A DNA stretch of 64,000 nucleotides, from assembly GCA_963712235.1 (NCBI GenBank), contig CAVQHC010000015.1, positions 81,007 to 145,006 on the forward strand. Direction: 5' to 3'. The position numbers and the translations under genes are program-made. Source of the DNA: an uncultured delta proteobacterium (lineage in GTDB: Bacteria > Myxococcota_A > Polyangia > Polyangiales > Houyiibacteriaceae). Within the stretch, counting starts at the first letter, position 1, and every line of letters starts with the position of its first letter. Below are positions 49,568-58,840 of the stretch, one piece after another. The notes under the pieces are model-generated. The model ran no database searches and was not told the origin of the DNA. It was given only the letters and a program-made list of their open reading frames with translations.

Positions 49568-49834
49568 ATGGGGAAATCAAAGGGGAGGGCCGGTTCTGCC
49601 GAGGATGCTCCTTTTGAGGAGGTCATGGACCGCCTCCAAACGGTCGTAGCGCAATTGGAAGAAGGAGATTTGCCTCTTGAGCAGTCTCTGGCGATGTTTG
49701 AGGAGGGAGTCCGCCTGTCGCGGGCCGGAGCGAAACGATTGGATGAAGCTGAGCGCAGAGTAGAGGAGCTCCTCGCAGCCGGAGACGAGCTGCAAACGAG
49801 TCCTCTCGACGAAAGCGAAGCGGGGGAGCAATGA
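49568..49834 (+). CDS. xseB: Exodeoxyribonuclease VII small subunit
   Basis: FEE.M..L..VV..LE.G.L.LE.S...FEEG..L......L..AE..V. Confidence 0.93.
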   Translation: MGKSKGRAGSAEDAPFEEVMDRLQTVVAQLEEGDLPLEQSLAMFEEGVRLSRAGAKRLDEAERRVEELLAAGDELQTSPLDESEAGEQ

Positions 49835-50976
49835 GCCAAGTCCTCACGGTACCGACACACTTCAACGACATCGGAGAGCTCTCCGAGGGCTTCCTCGATC
49901 GAGTCGAACGAGACACGCTGATCCTCTACGGGCCCGTCGCCTACGAAGATGGTTCGCGGATCCAATTCGTGGTGCTGCTTGCCGACGGTACGGCGGCGCT
50001 AGAGGGTACTGGCGTTGTCCGCGCTGCGGTGGATGGCGGCGCCGACCGTGTTCCGGAAACGCGCTACGACGTCGTGGTCGAAGCCTTGGAGCTCGACGGC
50101 CGATACGAAGTCGTGTTCGAGCGCCTGGTGCTTGCGCGTCAGGCCGTGTCCGAGCCACCGTCGCCTGATCCTGAAGAAAATGAAACCACCGGCGAGATCG
50201 ACGCGGCGCCCGCGGCGGACGACTCAGCCGACGAGCCGAGCACCGATGATTCCGCGCCCGACCAAGCGCACGCGTATGTGAACGACGTCGAGCTCGGCGC
50301 GGAGGAGGTCTTCTCGCTCGCGCCCGGCGAGGTGCACTCGGTCGCGCCCGATGAATACGACTCCGAGCTCCCCGAAGAATCCGCCGCCGAGACCGAGCCG
50401 CCCGACGACGCGGACGACGAACCTGAAACGTCGGTCGAAGAAGTCGAAGTCGAGGACGAATACGCAGACGAAGAGGAGCTGGCCACGGTCGTTGCCGCCG
50501 TCGATCCCGAAGCGATGATGGCCGATGCGGAAGAGCCGATCGCGGCCGACGCGCAGGACGTCGACGCCGACTATGCCTTCGAGCATGGCATTGCCCTGGA
50601 GCCGCAGGTCGGTATGCCGGTGCCCATCCCTTCGATGGCCGCACCGCCCGCGGCGCCTCCTGCGCCGCCACGATTGCGCCTGGCCGAACCTCCCGACGGT
50701 CTCACTCGGCCCTCCCTGGCAAAATCCGAAGAGCTTCCGTTCAGCACGGATGGAGAGGTCAGCGATGTCCACACCACCGGCCTTTTCGCGTACGAAGACG
50801 GGCTTCCGATCCCATCCCGGCCGCCGCTGCCCGATCCCAGCGGCCGCCGATCTTCAGCGGCCAATGAAGCTCAGGTCGACTCCGACGTCGAAGAATCGGA
50901 GCCCCCGGAATCGAATGACGACGAGTATGAAGAAGTGCGCCTCAGCGATTTCGCCGGCGCGGTCGAAGAGGGCTGA
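49831..50976 (+). CDS. Hypothetical protein: PilZ-like beta N-terminus + long acidic disordered tail
   Basis: GSRIQFVVLLADG..ALEG.GVV resembles myxobacterial PilZ-like domains; Asp/Glu/Pro-rich remainder; ATGA-coupled to xseB. Confidence 0.55.
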   Translation: MSQVLTVPTHFNDIGELSEGFLDRVERDTLILYGPVAYEDGSRIQFVVLLADGTAALEGTGVVRAAVDGGADRVPETRYDVVVEALELDGRYEVVFERLVLARQAVSEPPSPDPEENETTGEIDAAPAADDSADEPSTDDSAPDQAHAYVNDVELGAEEVFSLAPGEVHSVAPDEYDSELPEESAAETEPPDDADDEPETSVEEVEVEDEYADEEELATVVAAVDPEAMMADAEEPIAADAQDVDADYAFEHGIALEPQVGMPVPIPSMAAPPAAPPAPPRLRLAEPPDGLTRPSLAKSEELPFSTDGEVSDVHTTGLFAYEDGLPIPSRPPLPDPSGRRSSAANEAQVDSDVEESEPPESNDDEYEEVRLSDFAGAVEEG

Positions 50977-50982
50977 CGCGTC

Positions 50983-51294
50983 ATGAGCCGCGTCGCCGCC
51001 ATCCTCGTCTGCGTGCTGAGCCTGCTGCTGGTCACCGCAGAGGTCAAAGCGGACGCTGTGGTTCACGTGAAGGTGCGAAGCGCGGACAACAAGCCTGTCG
51101 ATGGCCGCGTCGAGCTCAGCGGACCGGGTGGTACGTTCACCTGCACAACCAGTCAGGGCAGTTGCACCATGAGGTCGGTCCCAGGGGGCAGGTACCTCGC
51201 CGTCTTCAAGCCCGCGAGCGGAAGCGCCACCGCACCGAAAAAGGTCATGATCCCGCCGGACGGCAAGGCGGATCTCCACATCGCAGCGAAATAG
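50983..51294 (+). CDS. Small secreted carboxypeptidase-regulatory-like (beta-sandwich) protein
   Basis: Signal peptide; V.V....KPV.G.V.L...T...G......V..G.Y. Confidence 0.65.
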   Translation: MSRVAAILVCVLSLLLVTAEVKADAVVHVKVRSADNKPVDGRVELSGPGGTFTCTTSQGSCTMRSVPGGRYLAVFKPASGSATAPKKVMIPPDGKADLHIAAK

Positions 51295-51360
51295 CCCGTT
51301 CAGGTTGGCGCGGAGCACCCGCAAAGTGCAATAATTTCGGGTGGGGAACAGGCGAGGGGA

Positions 51361-53392
51361 ATGCGCAGGAGTTGGATACTGCCCTGTTTGGGGAGCATTG
51401 TTGCATGGGCGTGCGCCGCACCGATCCATGCCCAGCCCGATCCTGTTCCCGCGGATGAGGCGCGCGAAGCTCGGCTTGTCGAGGTCCAGAACAGTTTCAG
51501 CGGACCGACCGGAGGCATTCGCATCATCGATGCCGCCTCGGGTCCCAAAGGCACGTTCCGCCTCGCGTTGAACACGGAGTTCTTTCTGATCGGTGACTAC
51601 TTCGTCCCGACCGATCGGGCGCAGCACTTCGCCGGCAACCTCTCGCTGAGCGTGACGCCCGACCGAATTCCTGGAAGTATTCGCCTCTGCAGAGGTGACC
51701 TCGGCCTGGGACGACTCCAACGACCCGATGTTGATCCAGCGCGTTGCCGACGTTCTGCTCGGCCTCAAGGGCTTCTATCGGGCAAAGCCTTGGCTCGCGG
51801 TCGGTGGCGACGCGAGCCTTGCCTTTCTCAGCGGCGTGAGCGACCCGAAGGCGAGGTTCCGCTCCACCAGCTTTGGTTTCCGCGGCAACCTCAGCTTCGA
51901 CTTTCGAGAGCACGAGCGCCACGAGGCACCGATCGTTTTGCGAGTCAACGCACAATACTGGTTCGACAACTCGGCGAACCTCACCGCAGGCATCGAAGAT
52001 CGGAGATATGCGGCGTTCGACGGCGCTCTGCCCCGCTCGGAGGAAACCCGCCACCTGCTCACCGCGTTCGAGCGCTTCGCGTACGGCGTCAATCGAACCG
52101 ACTTCGTGCGCATCGCGACCGGGTTTGAAGCTCCCCTCAAGGCTCGAAAGGTGGGGCTCCATCCCATGCTCGAGTGGCAGTGGGGCATTCCGATCAACCG
52201 CCAGGGATTTCAGTGTGCGCCCGCGGCTCGGACGAACGAGGACGGCTGCCTAGCCGACGAGGGGCCGAAGGCTTTTCCGATGGAGCTCACCTTTGGGTTG
52301 CGAATTCTCCCGCCGCCGAGGGGGCTTGCGTTCACGGTCGCCGCTGACGTCGGCCTCACCGGGACGCGCAACTTCGTCCGGGAGCTGGCGCCAACCGCTC
52401 CCTACAACATCATCTTGGGCGTCGCCTATGCGTTCGACACCCGCCCCGCCCCGCGAAACGTTTCGGCCCCGGCGGAGCCGGTCACGGATTCGATGCCCAC
52501 GGGTCAGCTGCGTGGCCGAGTTCTCATCGAAGGGAGCGACAGCCCGGTCTCCGGGGCCTTCGTCGGGATCGTCGGCCAGGACGTGTCCGCGCTGCACACC
52601 GACTCCACCGGCCGATTCGTGACCTACGGTCTTCCGGAAGGCGAGGTCCTCCTCGACGTATCGCACCCGGATTTCATTTCGGCGCGCTGTACCGCAGCCG
52701 TTCCGTCCGATGTCGAATGCAGGCTCGTGCCTGCGAGCCGCGACGGTCAGCTGCGGGTCGTCACCGTTGATCGTGCTGGCAATCCCGTTCCCAAGGTACC
52801 GATCACCCTGCGTGGGCCCTCCGAGCACAGTCTCATTTCCGACGAACGAGGTTCGGTGCAGATCGACGCGCTTGCGGCCGGCACTTATACCGCCCACGTC
52901 GACGATCCAATCTATCTCATCACGGTCGCCGACGTGGAGATCCACGAGCGTCGAGAGACCACGTTGCAGCTTCGCGTGCTTCGCAAACCCTCGCGTCCCG
53001 GCGTCGTTCTGAAAAACAAGCAAATCGCGCTGCGGCGGCAGATCAGCTTTGCTACGGGCAGCGACGAGATCTTGCCGAACAGCGAGCCTCTTCTTCTGGA
53101 GGTCGCGGACGTGCTCATGCGAAACCCCGACCTCGAGCTCGTCGAGGTTCAAGGGCACACCGACAACCGGGGCGACCGCGCGCTCAACATGCGGCTGTCG
53201 CAGCAGCGCGCGGAATCCGTGAAGCGATGGCTGAACCAGCATGGCGTGGAGCCAGATCGCTTGACCGCGAAGGGCTATGGGCCGACCCGTCCGCTCGCAC
53301 CGAACATCACGCAGCAAAATCGAGCGCGCAACCGGCGCGTTCAGTTCAGGATCGTGCGCCGCGCCCAGCTGACCGCCGCCGCGTCACGGTAA
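51361..53392 (+). CDS. OmpA-family outer-membrane protein (putative beta-barrel + two beta-sandwich domains + OmpA_C); apparent frameshift near 51660
   Basis: Signal peptide; ISFATGS..I...S..LL..VA..L...VQGHTD.RG...N..LSQQRA..V...L...G....RL...GYG..RP...NRRVQF. Confidence 0.8.
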
Positions 53393-54378
53393 GCCCGATC
53401 AAGACAGCGAAGGTCGCCCAGAGCGCGTTCGCAGGGGTTTGGGTCGTGCTGCAGCTGCAGCCGCTGCTGCTCGACACGGCCCCGGGGGCATCGCAGGCGA
53501 TCGGGTTCCCCGATTGGGTGGTTTCGCAGTTGAGCTGGAGCCCGCCCATCGGAATGGCGGTACAGCTGTCGTCCAGGCTGCCGGGAGGGTAGATGTCGCA
53601 GACGGCGTTGATGTCGTCCGGCGCGAGACTCCGCTTCTCGACCGCATCTCGGTCGGATCGCGCATACATCGTGGCGACCACGCAGGGATCGTCGGGATCG
53701 GTTTCGTCGATAGGGTTGCAATGACCGATGCCGATGAAGTGCCCGGCTTCATGGGTCACGATGCCGCGCAGGTCTGCGTCGTTGCCGACGCAACCGTTTT
53801 CGGGGCAGTCGGCATAGGGGCCACCGGCTCGCCCGCTGGGCCCTGGAACGAATCGCTGATCGTTGATCATCATGTCCGCGTCGAGGATTTCCCCGGTGCT
53901 CGTGTTGTGCCAGACGATGGTCACCGCGAAGGCACGCGGTTCATAGGGATCGCCACCGTCGTCGAGGCAAGGATCCTCCCATGGGTCGAGGAAGGCGATG
54001 GTGTTCACGTTCCCGACGTTGTTGAACTCGGGTCGCTTGCATGTGGAAGGCTGCATGGATGGCTTGAAAACCAGGTTTGGGTGAGCCGCCCTCGGGGCAT
54101 TCGGCGGTCTCCCAGGTTTCAAATGCGGCGTTGACCGAGTTCTCGATGTCGCTGAGGTCCATCCACACCGAGCCGCGTCCATCGACTGCATAGGACAGGC
54201 AGGTGTCGTTCCAAAAGAAGGGCGCCCCGATTTCGACGCAGTCCTGGTCGCCGACCTGTGCGCCGCCACCGATCGTCATTCGACAGTACGCCGAGGCGTC
54301 GTTTGCTGCGAGAGCGGCCATGAGCGCGAACCCGAGAGGCGCGAGCCTTGAAACGTAGCGTAGGCTACGACGACTCAT
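53346..54378 (-). CDS. Matrixin-family (metzincin) zinc metalloprotease with MYXO-CTERM-like tail; apparent frameshift near 54080
   Basis: Signal peptide from ATG 54378; HEAGHFIGIGH; Met-turn ATMYA; C-terminal SSGCSCS + TM + RRR. Confidence 0.8.
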
Positions 54379-54965
54379 CGACCCGCCTCCTGTTGCGCTG
54401 CGATCTCTGCGCAGCTTCGAAAGAAACGCGTCGAGGCGTTGCGGCTCTGGCACCGCGCCGAAGCTCCGTTTCAGACGGCCTTCCGCGTCGCGGCGTACCA
54501 GCATCAGACCCTCGCGGCTCTGGCGGACTGTCTCAGTGCCGTGTTCTATGCGTATGCGCATCACGCCCTGCCCCATCCCGACGGTCCGGAATGCCTTGTA
54601 CGCACCGCCGCCGTGGACGAACACGAGTACTCGCTCGCCGACCCGGAACGGTGGCTTCGCCTTCGACGCGCATCCCGATCTCGCCAATTTGGCCACCCAT
54701 GGTTTCGACGATGACTTCGTCCTCGGCCGGGGCACTTCCGCGAATCGCGCGTTCAACCGCGATGCGGTGCCAGGTCCAAATCTGTCCGTCTGCTCCGCAG
54801 GAACGACTCGGAGAATAGAACGCGACCAAGGACGATACGGTCGGCTTCGGAGACCAGCTCTTCGAGCTCGAGCCCTTCAACGACGGAGCCTTCGGCGGGA
54901 GCAACAGGAAGGAGAGCCACTAAGATCGGGCCCAATAATAGAGGTAGCAACCGGAATCTAAGCAT
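54375..54965 (-). CDS. Secreted hypothetical protein upstream of the matrixin, broken across three frames (apparent indels near 54793, 54650 and 54408)
   Basis: Segments SVVEGLELEELVSEADRIVLGRV / I.T...I.V...I.G...GG.IG.IG..VEG.A / F..GERVLVF...VGMGQG read as one coherent protein. Confidence 0.55.
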
Positions 54966-55061
54966 TTCTCAATGCTGGAGGCCTCCGACCCCTCCGTCAA
55001 GCAATCTGCCCTACACGATCTCGATTGACAGTTTCCCCTAGATTTTCGTACACCTCGCTCC

Positions 55062-55989
55062 ATGCACCAAGATCCCTTGTCTCGTCGGCTACGATCGGCG
55101 ATTGGCGTGATCTGTATCGTGGTCCTCGGCGGCTGTGACGTCGCGAAGTTCACCGCCGACTCGACGGCAGGATTGTTCACCCGAGCGGCTCCCGCATTCG
55201 AGTCGTACTGGGACTACGACTTGGCCGGCGAAGCGCTTCCGGCAACCGTCGTGCAGTTTGAAGGGCATCCTCCGTGTCGTTCCCGACAACGAGGCGATCT
55301 TGGCGCAGTTGGCGCAGGCCTACATCGCGTACGCATACGGCTGGGTCGAGGCCGATGTCGAGGAGCTCGAGTTCGAGAGCGAGTACGAAGAAGCCGACGT
55401 CCAACGGCAGCGTGCGCGAATCATGTACCTTCGCGCGCTCGACCTGACTCGGCATTGGGTTCGGCTGCACAACGAGGACGTCGACCTCGCTGTTCAGGGG
55501 ACCGTCGCGGATCTCGAGTCCTGGCTGCAGGAGGCGTTCATCGAAAAGGCCGACGCCGAGATGTTGCTCTGGCACGGATATGCCTGGGGCTCCTACATCA
55601 ATACCGCCAAGGATGACATGGCAGTGGTTGCCGATCTCGAATACGCCAAAGCGTTCGTCGCGCGCTCGATCGAGCTCGACGCGGACTACTACAATGCGGC
55701 TGGCTACACGTTCATGGGCGTGGCGACCGCGTCGGAGATGGCGGGCGACATGGAAATGGCGAAGGTCTACTTCGAGAAAGCATTGGCACGTACCGAGAGG
55801 CGCGCGCTCCAGATCCAGCTCAACATGGCCCGCTACTATGCGGTCAAGGAGGGAGATCGGGAGCTCTTCGACAAGCTTCTGAGCGAGGTGATGGACGCCG
55901 AAGACCCTCTTCCCGAGGCACGGCTCGCCAATCGGATGGCCCGCGTGCGCGCAGCCCTTTACATCGAGAACGCAGACCAACTTTTTTAG
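55062..55989 (+). CDS. TRAP-associated TPR lipoprotein TatT (apparent frameshift near 55264)
   Basis: Lipobox LGGC; D.DLA.EALP; AY..YAYGWV; IELD..Y..A; G..E.AK..FEKAL; YAV...DR.LF..LL..V; N.MA..RA; directly upstream of dctQM. Confidence 0.8.
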
Positions 55990-56062
55990 TGATATCGGCC
56001 ACTACCGAAGTTACTCTGCGTAGCTCCGGCGTTTCGAACGAAGCGGCTGCGAAGAGGCAAGA

Positions 56063-56740
56063 GTGAAGCACATCCGCCGTTTAGACAGAGGGCTCGCGCG
56101 CGGCGAGGCGGCAATTGCCGCGACGGTCCTTCTGCTCATGATCCTCGTCGCTGCTACCCAGGCGGCGCTCCGCAATCTCACGAATCTCGATTTCGAATGG
56201 GCCAATCTCGTTCTCGAGCGCATGGACTGGGCCGATTCGTTTCTGCAGAAGGGAACGCTCTGGCTCGCCTTCTTCGGAGCATCTCTTTCGACGTTTGACG
56301 AGAAGCACATCGCCATCGACGTGATTCCTCGCCTCTCTCCGCCTCGTATCAAGCAGCTGCTGCGTGCCATTGTCTGCGTCTTCTCTTCGATCACGTGCTT
56401 CTACCTCGGGCGTGTCTTCTGGCTTTCGGTGCTCAACAATGCGCGAGAGATTCCTCTCGAATACTCGGTGCTCGGACCCACCGACGACATGGTCCACATC
56501 TGCAATGCGCCCATCCAGATCCTTACCGACGCGGGGCTTTCGCGGCCGGACATTTTCTGTGGGCTCAGGAGCGCGCTCGAAGTGTTTGGCGCCACGATGT
56601 CGACCCCCGATGTCGCCCTGCAGCTCATCGTTCCGGCGATGTTCATTTTCATGGCTGCGCGATTCCTGAGTCGTGCGATCGCGGCCAGCTTCGCATTCAC
56701 CAGCAATCGCCTCCCCAAAGACGCCGAAGGGGAGGGCTGA
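56063..56740 (+). CDS. TRAP transporter small permease DctQ
   Basis: LWLAFFGASL....KHIAIDV; four TMs. Confidence 0.85.
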   Translation: MKHIRRLDRGLARGEAAIAATVLLLMILVAATQAALRNLTNLDFEWANLVLERMDWADSFLQKGTLWLAFFGASLSTFDEKHIAIDVIPRLSPPRIKQLLRAIVCVFSSITCFYLGRVFWLSVLNNAREIPLEYSVLGPTDDMVHICNAPIQILTDAGLSRPDIFCGLRSALEVFGATMSTPDVALQLIVPAMFIFMAARFLSRAIAASFAFTSNRLPKDAEGEG

Positions 56741-56743
56741 GCG

Positions 56744-58330
56744 ATGGACACGATTTGGATCGTCCTGCTCACCGTGCTCGCCATCCTCGGCGCGCCCCTC
56801 TTTGCCATCTTCGGTGCGGCGGCGATGCTGCTCTTCGGAGCCCTCCCGGACACGAGCATCACCGGCACCGCGAACGATGTCTTCAGTGAGAAGTTCGCCG
56901 ACTCGCCTCTCCTGGTGACCATTCCCCTGTTCACCTTCGCTGGCTATCTGCTGGCAGAGAGCGGGACCCCGCATCGCTTGGTCAAGGTGTCGCGTGCCTG
57001 GCTCGGCTGGATGCCTGGCGGCCTCGCAATCGTATGCTTGGTGGCCTCGGCCTTCTTCACGACCTTCACCGGCGGCAGTGGCATCACCATCGTCGCCATC
57101 GGCGGGCTTCTCTATCCTGCCCTGGTTGCCGACAAGTACGAGGAGAACTTCTCGCTCGGCCTGGTGACGACCGGTGGCTCGCTCGGCCTTCTGTTCCCAC
57201 CGAGCGTGCCGATGATCATTTACGGCGTCGTCGCCGGCATCATGATCGAAAAGCTCTTTTTGGCGGGCTTGATTCCCGGCATCATCACCGTCGCTGCCCT
57301 CGCGATCTACAGCTCGGCGATCGGCATCAAGCACAAGATGCCGCGCACGGGCTTCAATGTTCGTGAAGCCTTCACGACCCTCTGGGAGGCCAAATGGGAG
57401 GCGCTGCTTCCGATTGCGCTGCTCGGCGGCATGTACAGCGGTCTGCTGCGGATCCACGAGGCCGCAGCGTTCACCGCGATCTACACCCTGGTCATCGAAG
57501 TCTGGATCTACCGCGACGTCAGCTTCCGGAAGGACCTTCCCCGCATCATCCGCGAATCGATGACCTTGGTCGGCGCCATTCTCGCGATCTTGGCGACCGC
57601 GATTGGCTTCACCGCGTTTCTCATTCAGGCGCGCGTGCCGATGATGATTCTCGACGCGATGGAGGGCTTCATCACGTCCCAGGTCATGTTCCTCATCGCC
57701 TTGAACTTCTTCTTGATCGGCGTCGGGATGCTGATGGACATCTTTTCCGCGATCGTCGTCGTGGTGCCGCTCATCGTCCCGATCGCGCTCAGATTTGGCG
57801 TCGACCCTTACCACCTTGGGATCGTCTTTCTGCTCAACCTCGAGATCGGCTACATGACGCCGCCCGTCGGCCTCAACCTCTTCATCTCGAGCTTCCGCTT
57901 CAATAAGCCGATCACCCAGCTCTATCGCTCCGTCTTGCCGTTCATTGGGCTTTTGGGTCTTGCGCTGATCATTGTCACCTACATTCCATCCCTCTCGACC
58001 TGGCTCCCGAGCTTGGTCGAGACCAGCGCCGTGGATCTCAGTTCGGGCAATGAAGACCTGGAAGGCGACTACGATCTGGACCTCGACAGCTTAGAAGGCG
58101 ATGACGACAGCCTCGATCTGGACGACTTGGGAAGCGACGACGAGGAGCTCGACCTGGATTCATTGGAGGGCGACGACGAGGAGCTAGACCTCGATGCCCT
58201 CGAAGGCGACGACGAGGAGTTGGACCTGGACACCCTCGAAGACGGGGACGAAGAGCTCGAGCTGGATGCGCTCGAAGGCGACGAGGACGAGCTAGAATTA
58301 GACGCCGACGAGGCAGAGTCCCCTCCGTAG
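56744..58330 (+). CDS. TRAP transporter large permease DctM with acidic repeat tail
   Basis: IPLFTFAGYLL.ESG, GGLA, TGGSG, GSLGLLFPPS.P.I.Y, TPPVGLNLF. Confidence 0.93.
   Translation: MDTIWIVLLTVLAILGAPLFAIFGAAAMLLFGALPDTSITGTANDVFSEKFADSPLLVTIPLFTFAGYLLAESGTPHRLVKVSRAWLGWMPGGLAIVCLVASAFFTTFTGGSGITIVAIGGLLYPALVADKYEENFSLGLVTTGGSLGLLFPPSVPMIIYGVVAGIMIEKLFLAGLIPGIITVAALAIYSSAIGIKHKMPRTGFNVREAFTTLWEAKWEALLPIALLGGMYSGLLRIHEAAAFTAIYTLVIEVWIYRDVSFRKDLPRIIRESMTLVGAILAILATAIGFTAFLIQARVPMMILDAMEGFITSQVMFLIALNFFLIGVGMLMDIFSAIVVVVPLIVPIALRFGVDPYHLGIVFLLNLEIGYMTPPVGLNLFISSFRFNKPITQLYRSVLPFIGLLGLALIIVTYIPSLSTWLPSLVETSAVDLSSGNEDLEGDYDLDLDSLEGDDDSLDLDDLGSDDEELDLDSLEGDDEELDLDALEGDDEELDLDTLEDGDEELELDALEGDEDELELDADEAESPP
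58076..58305 (+). repeat. About 6.5 imperfect 36-bp tandem repeats encoding L(D/E)LDxLEGDDEE
   Basis: Read from the DctM C-terminal translation and DNA. Confidence 0.85.
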
Positions 58331-58365
58331 ACGCCGTAACCATCGACTGAGCAGTCGCAGAGCGG

Positions 58366-58572
58366 CCGTACCGGGGCGCGGAAAAAGGCGCGACACGGGG
58401 CTGCGTCGGACGGGGCGGCCTGCAAAGGTGGCCGGAAGGGCGGAGGGCCTGAGGCCACGCACGCCGCCCCTCGGAGCTCGCGCCAATCGGAGGCGGGTTG
58501 CTGTCTTGCCGATTGTCACTCACACGCCGACTCCGCCCCATATCGCGCCTTTTTCCGCGCCCCTCCATACGG
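58366..58572. repeat. About 207-bp element bounded by about 45-bp imperfect inverted repeats with two internal hairpins (structured RNA or MITE-like)
   Basis: Arms 58366-58409 and 58527-58572 share GGGGCGCGGAAAAAGGCGCGA; internal pairs GGGGCGGC/GCCGCCCC, GTGGCC/GGCCAC, CAATCGG/CCGATTG. Confidence 0.75.
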
Positions 58573-58610
58573 AGAACAGGACCACCAACCTTCCCCAACG
58601 GCAGGCGGCA

Positions 58611-58676
58611 GCGCGAGCCCGAACGGCGAAGCCCGGCGCGAAGCGCCGGCAAGGCAGAGCGAAGCGAATGCCGCGC
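58611..58676. repeat. Compact palindromic element with three GCGAAGC motifs
   Basis: GCGAAGC at 58626, 58638 and 58659, closed by GCGCG/CGCGC. Confidence 0.6.
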
Positions 58677-58840
58677 CAGGGAGGACTACGGGTGGGGGTG
58701 GGCGGGGCGGTGCAAACAAGCCGTACCACGCAGCCCACCCAAGACCGGGCCCCCAACATCCGCGGCAGCACCAACCGCTCGACCCGCCCCGTCCGTCGAA
58801 CCCCCGCGTCGTGTTCGCCGGCGCCCCGGTTGGAGCTGAC

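Noticed and set aside
53941-54756. 271-aa ORF as a genuine fusion protein
   Set aside because: Chimera of the upstream gene's C-terminus and the matrixin N-terminus with an internal signal peptide, best explained by indels
58076-58305. 36-bp periodicity suggestive of a CRISPR array
   Set aside because: The repeats are contiguous, in-frame and degenerate at codon third positions, with no unique spacers and no cas genes
58331-58840. Short ORFs in the dctM-HAD gap
   Set aside because: No RBS, motif or plausible composition; the region is better explained by palindromic elements
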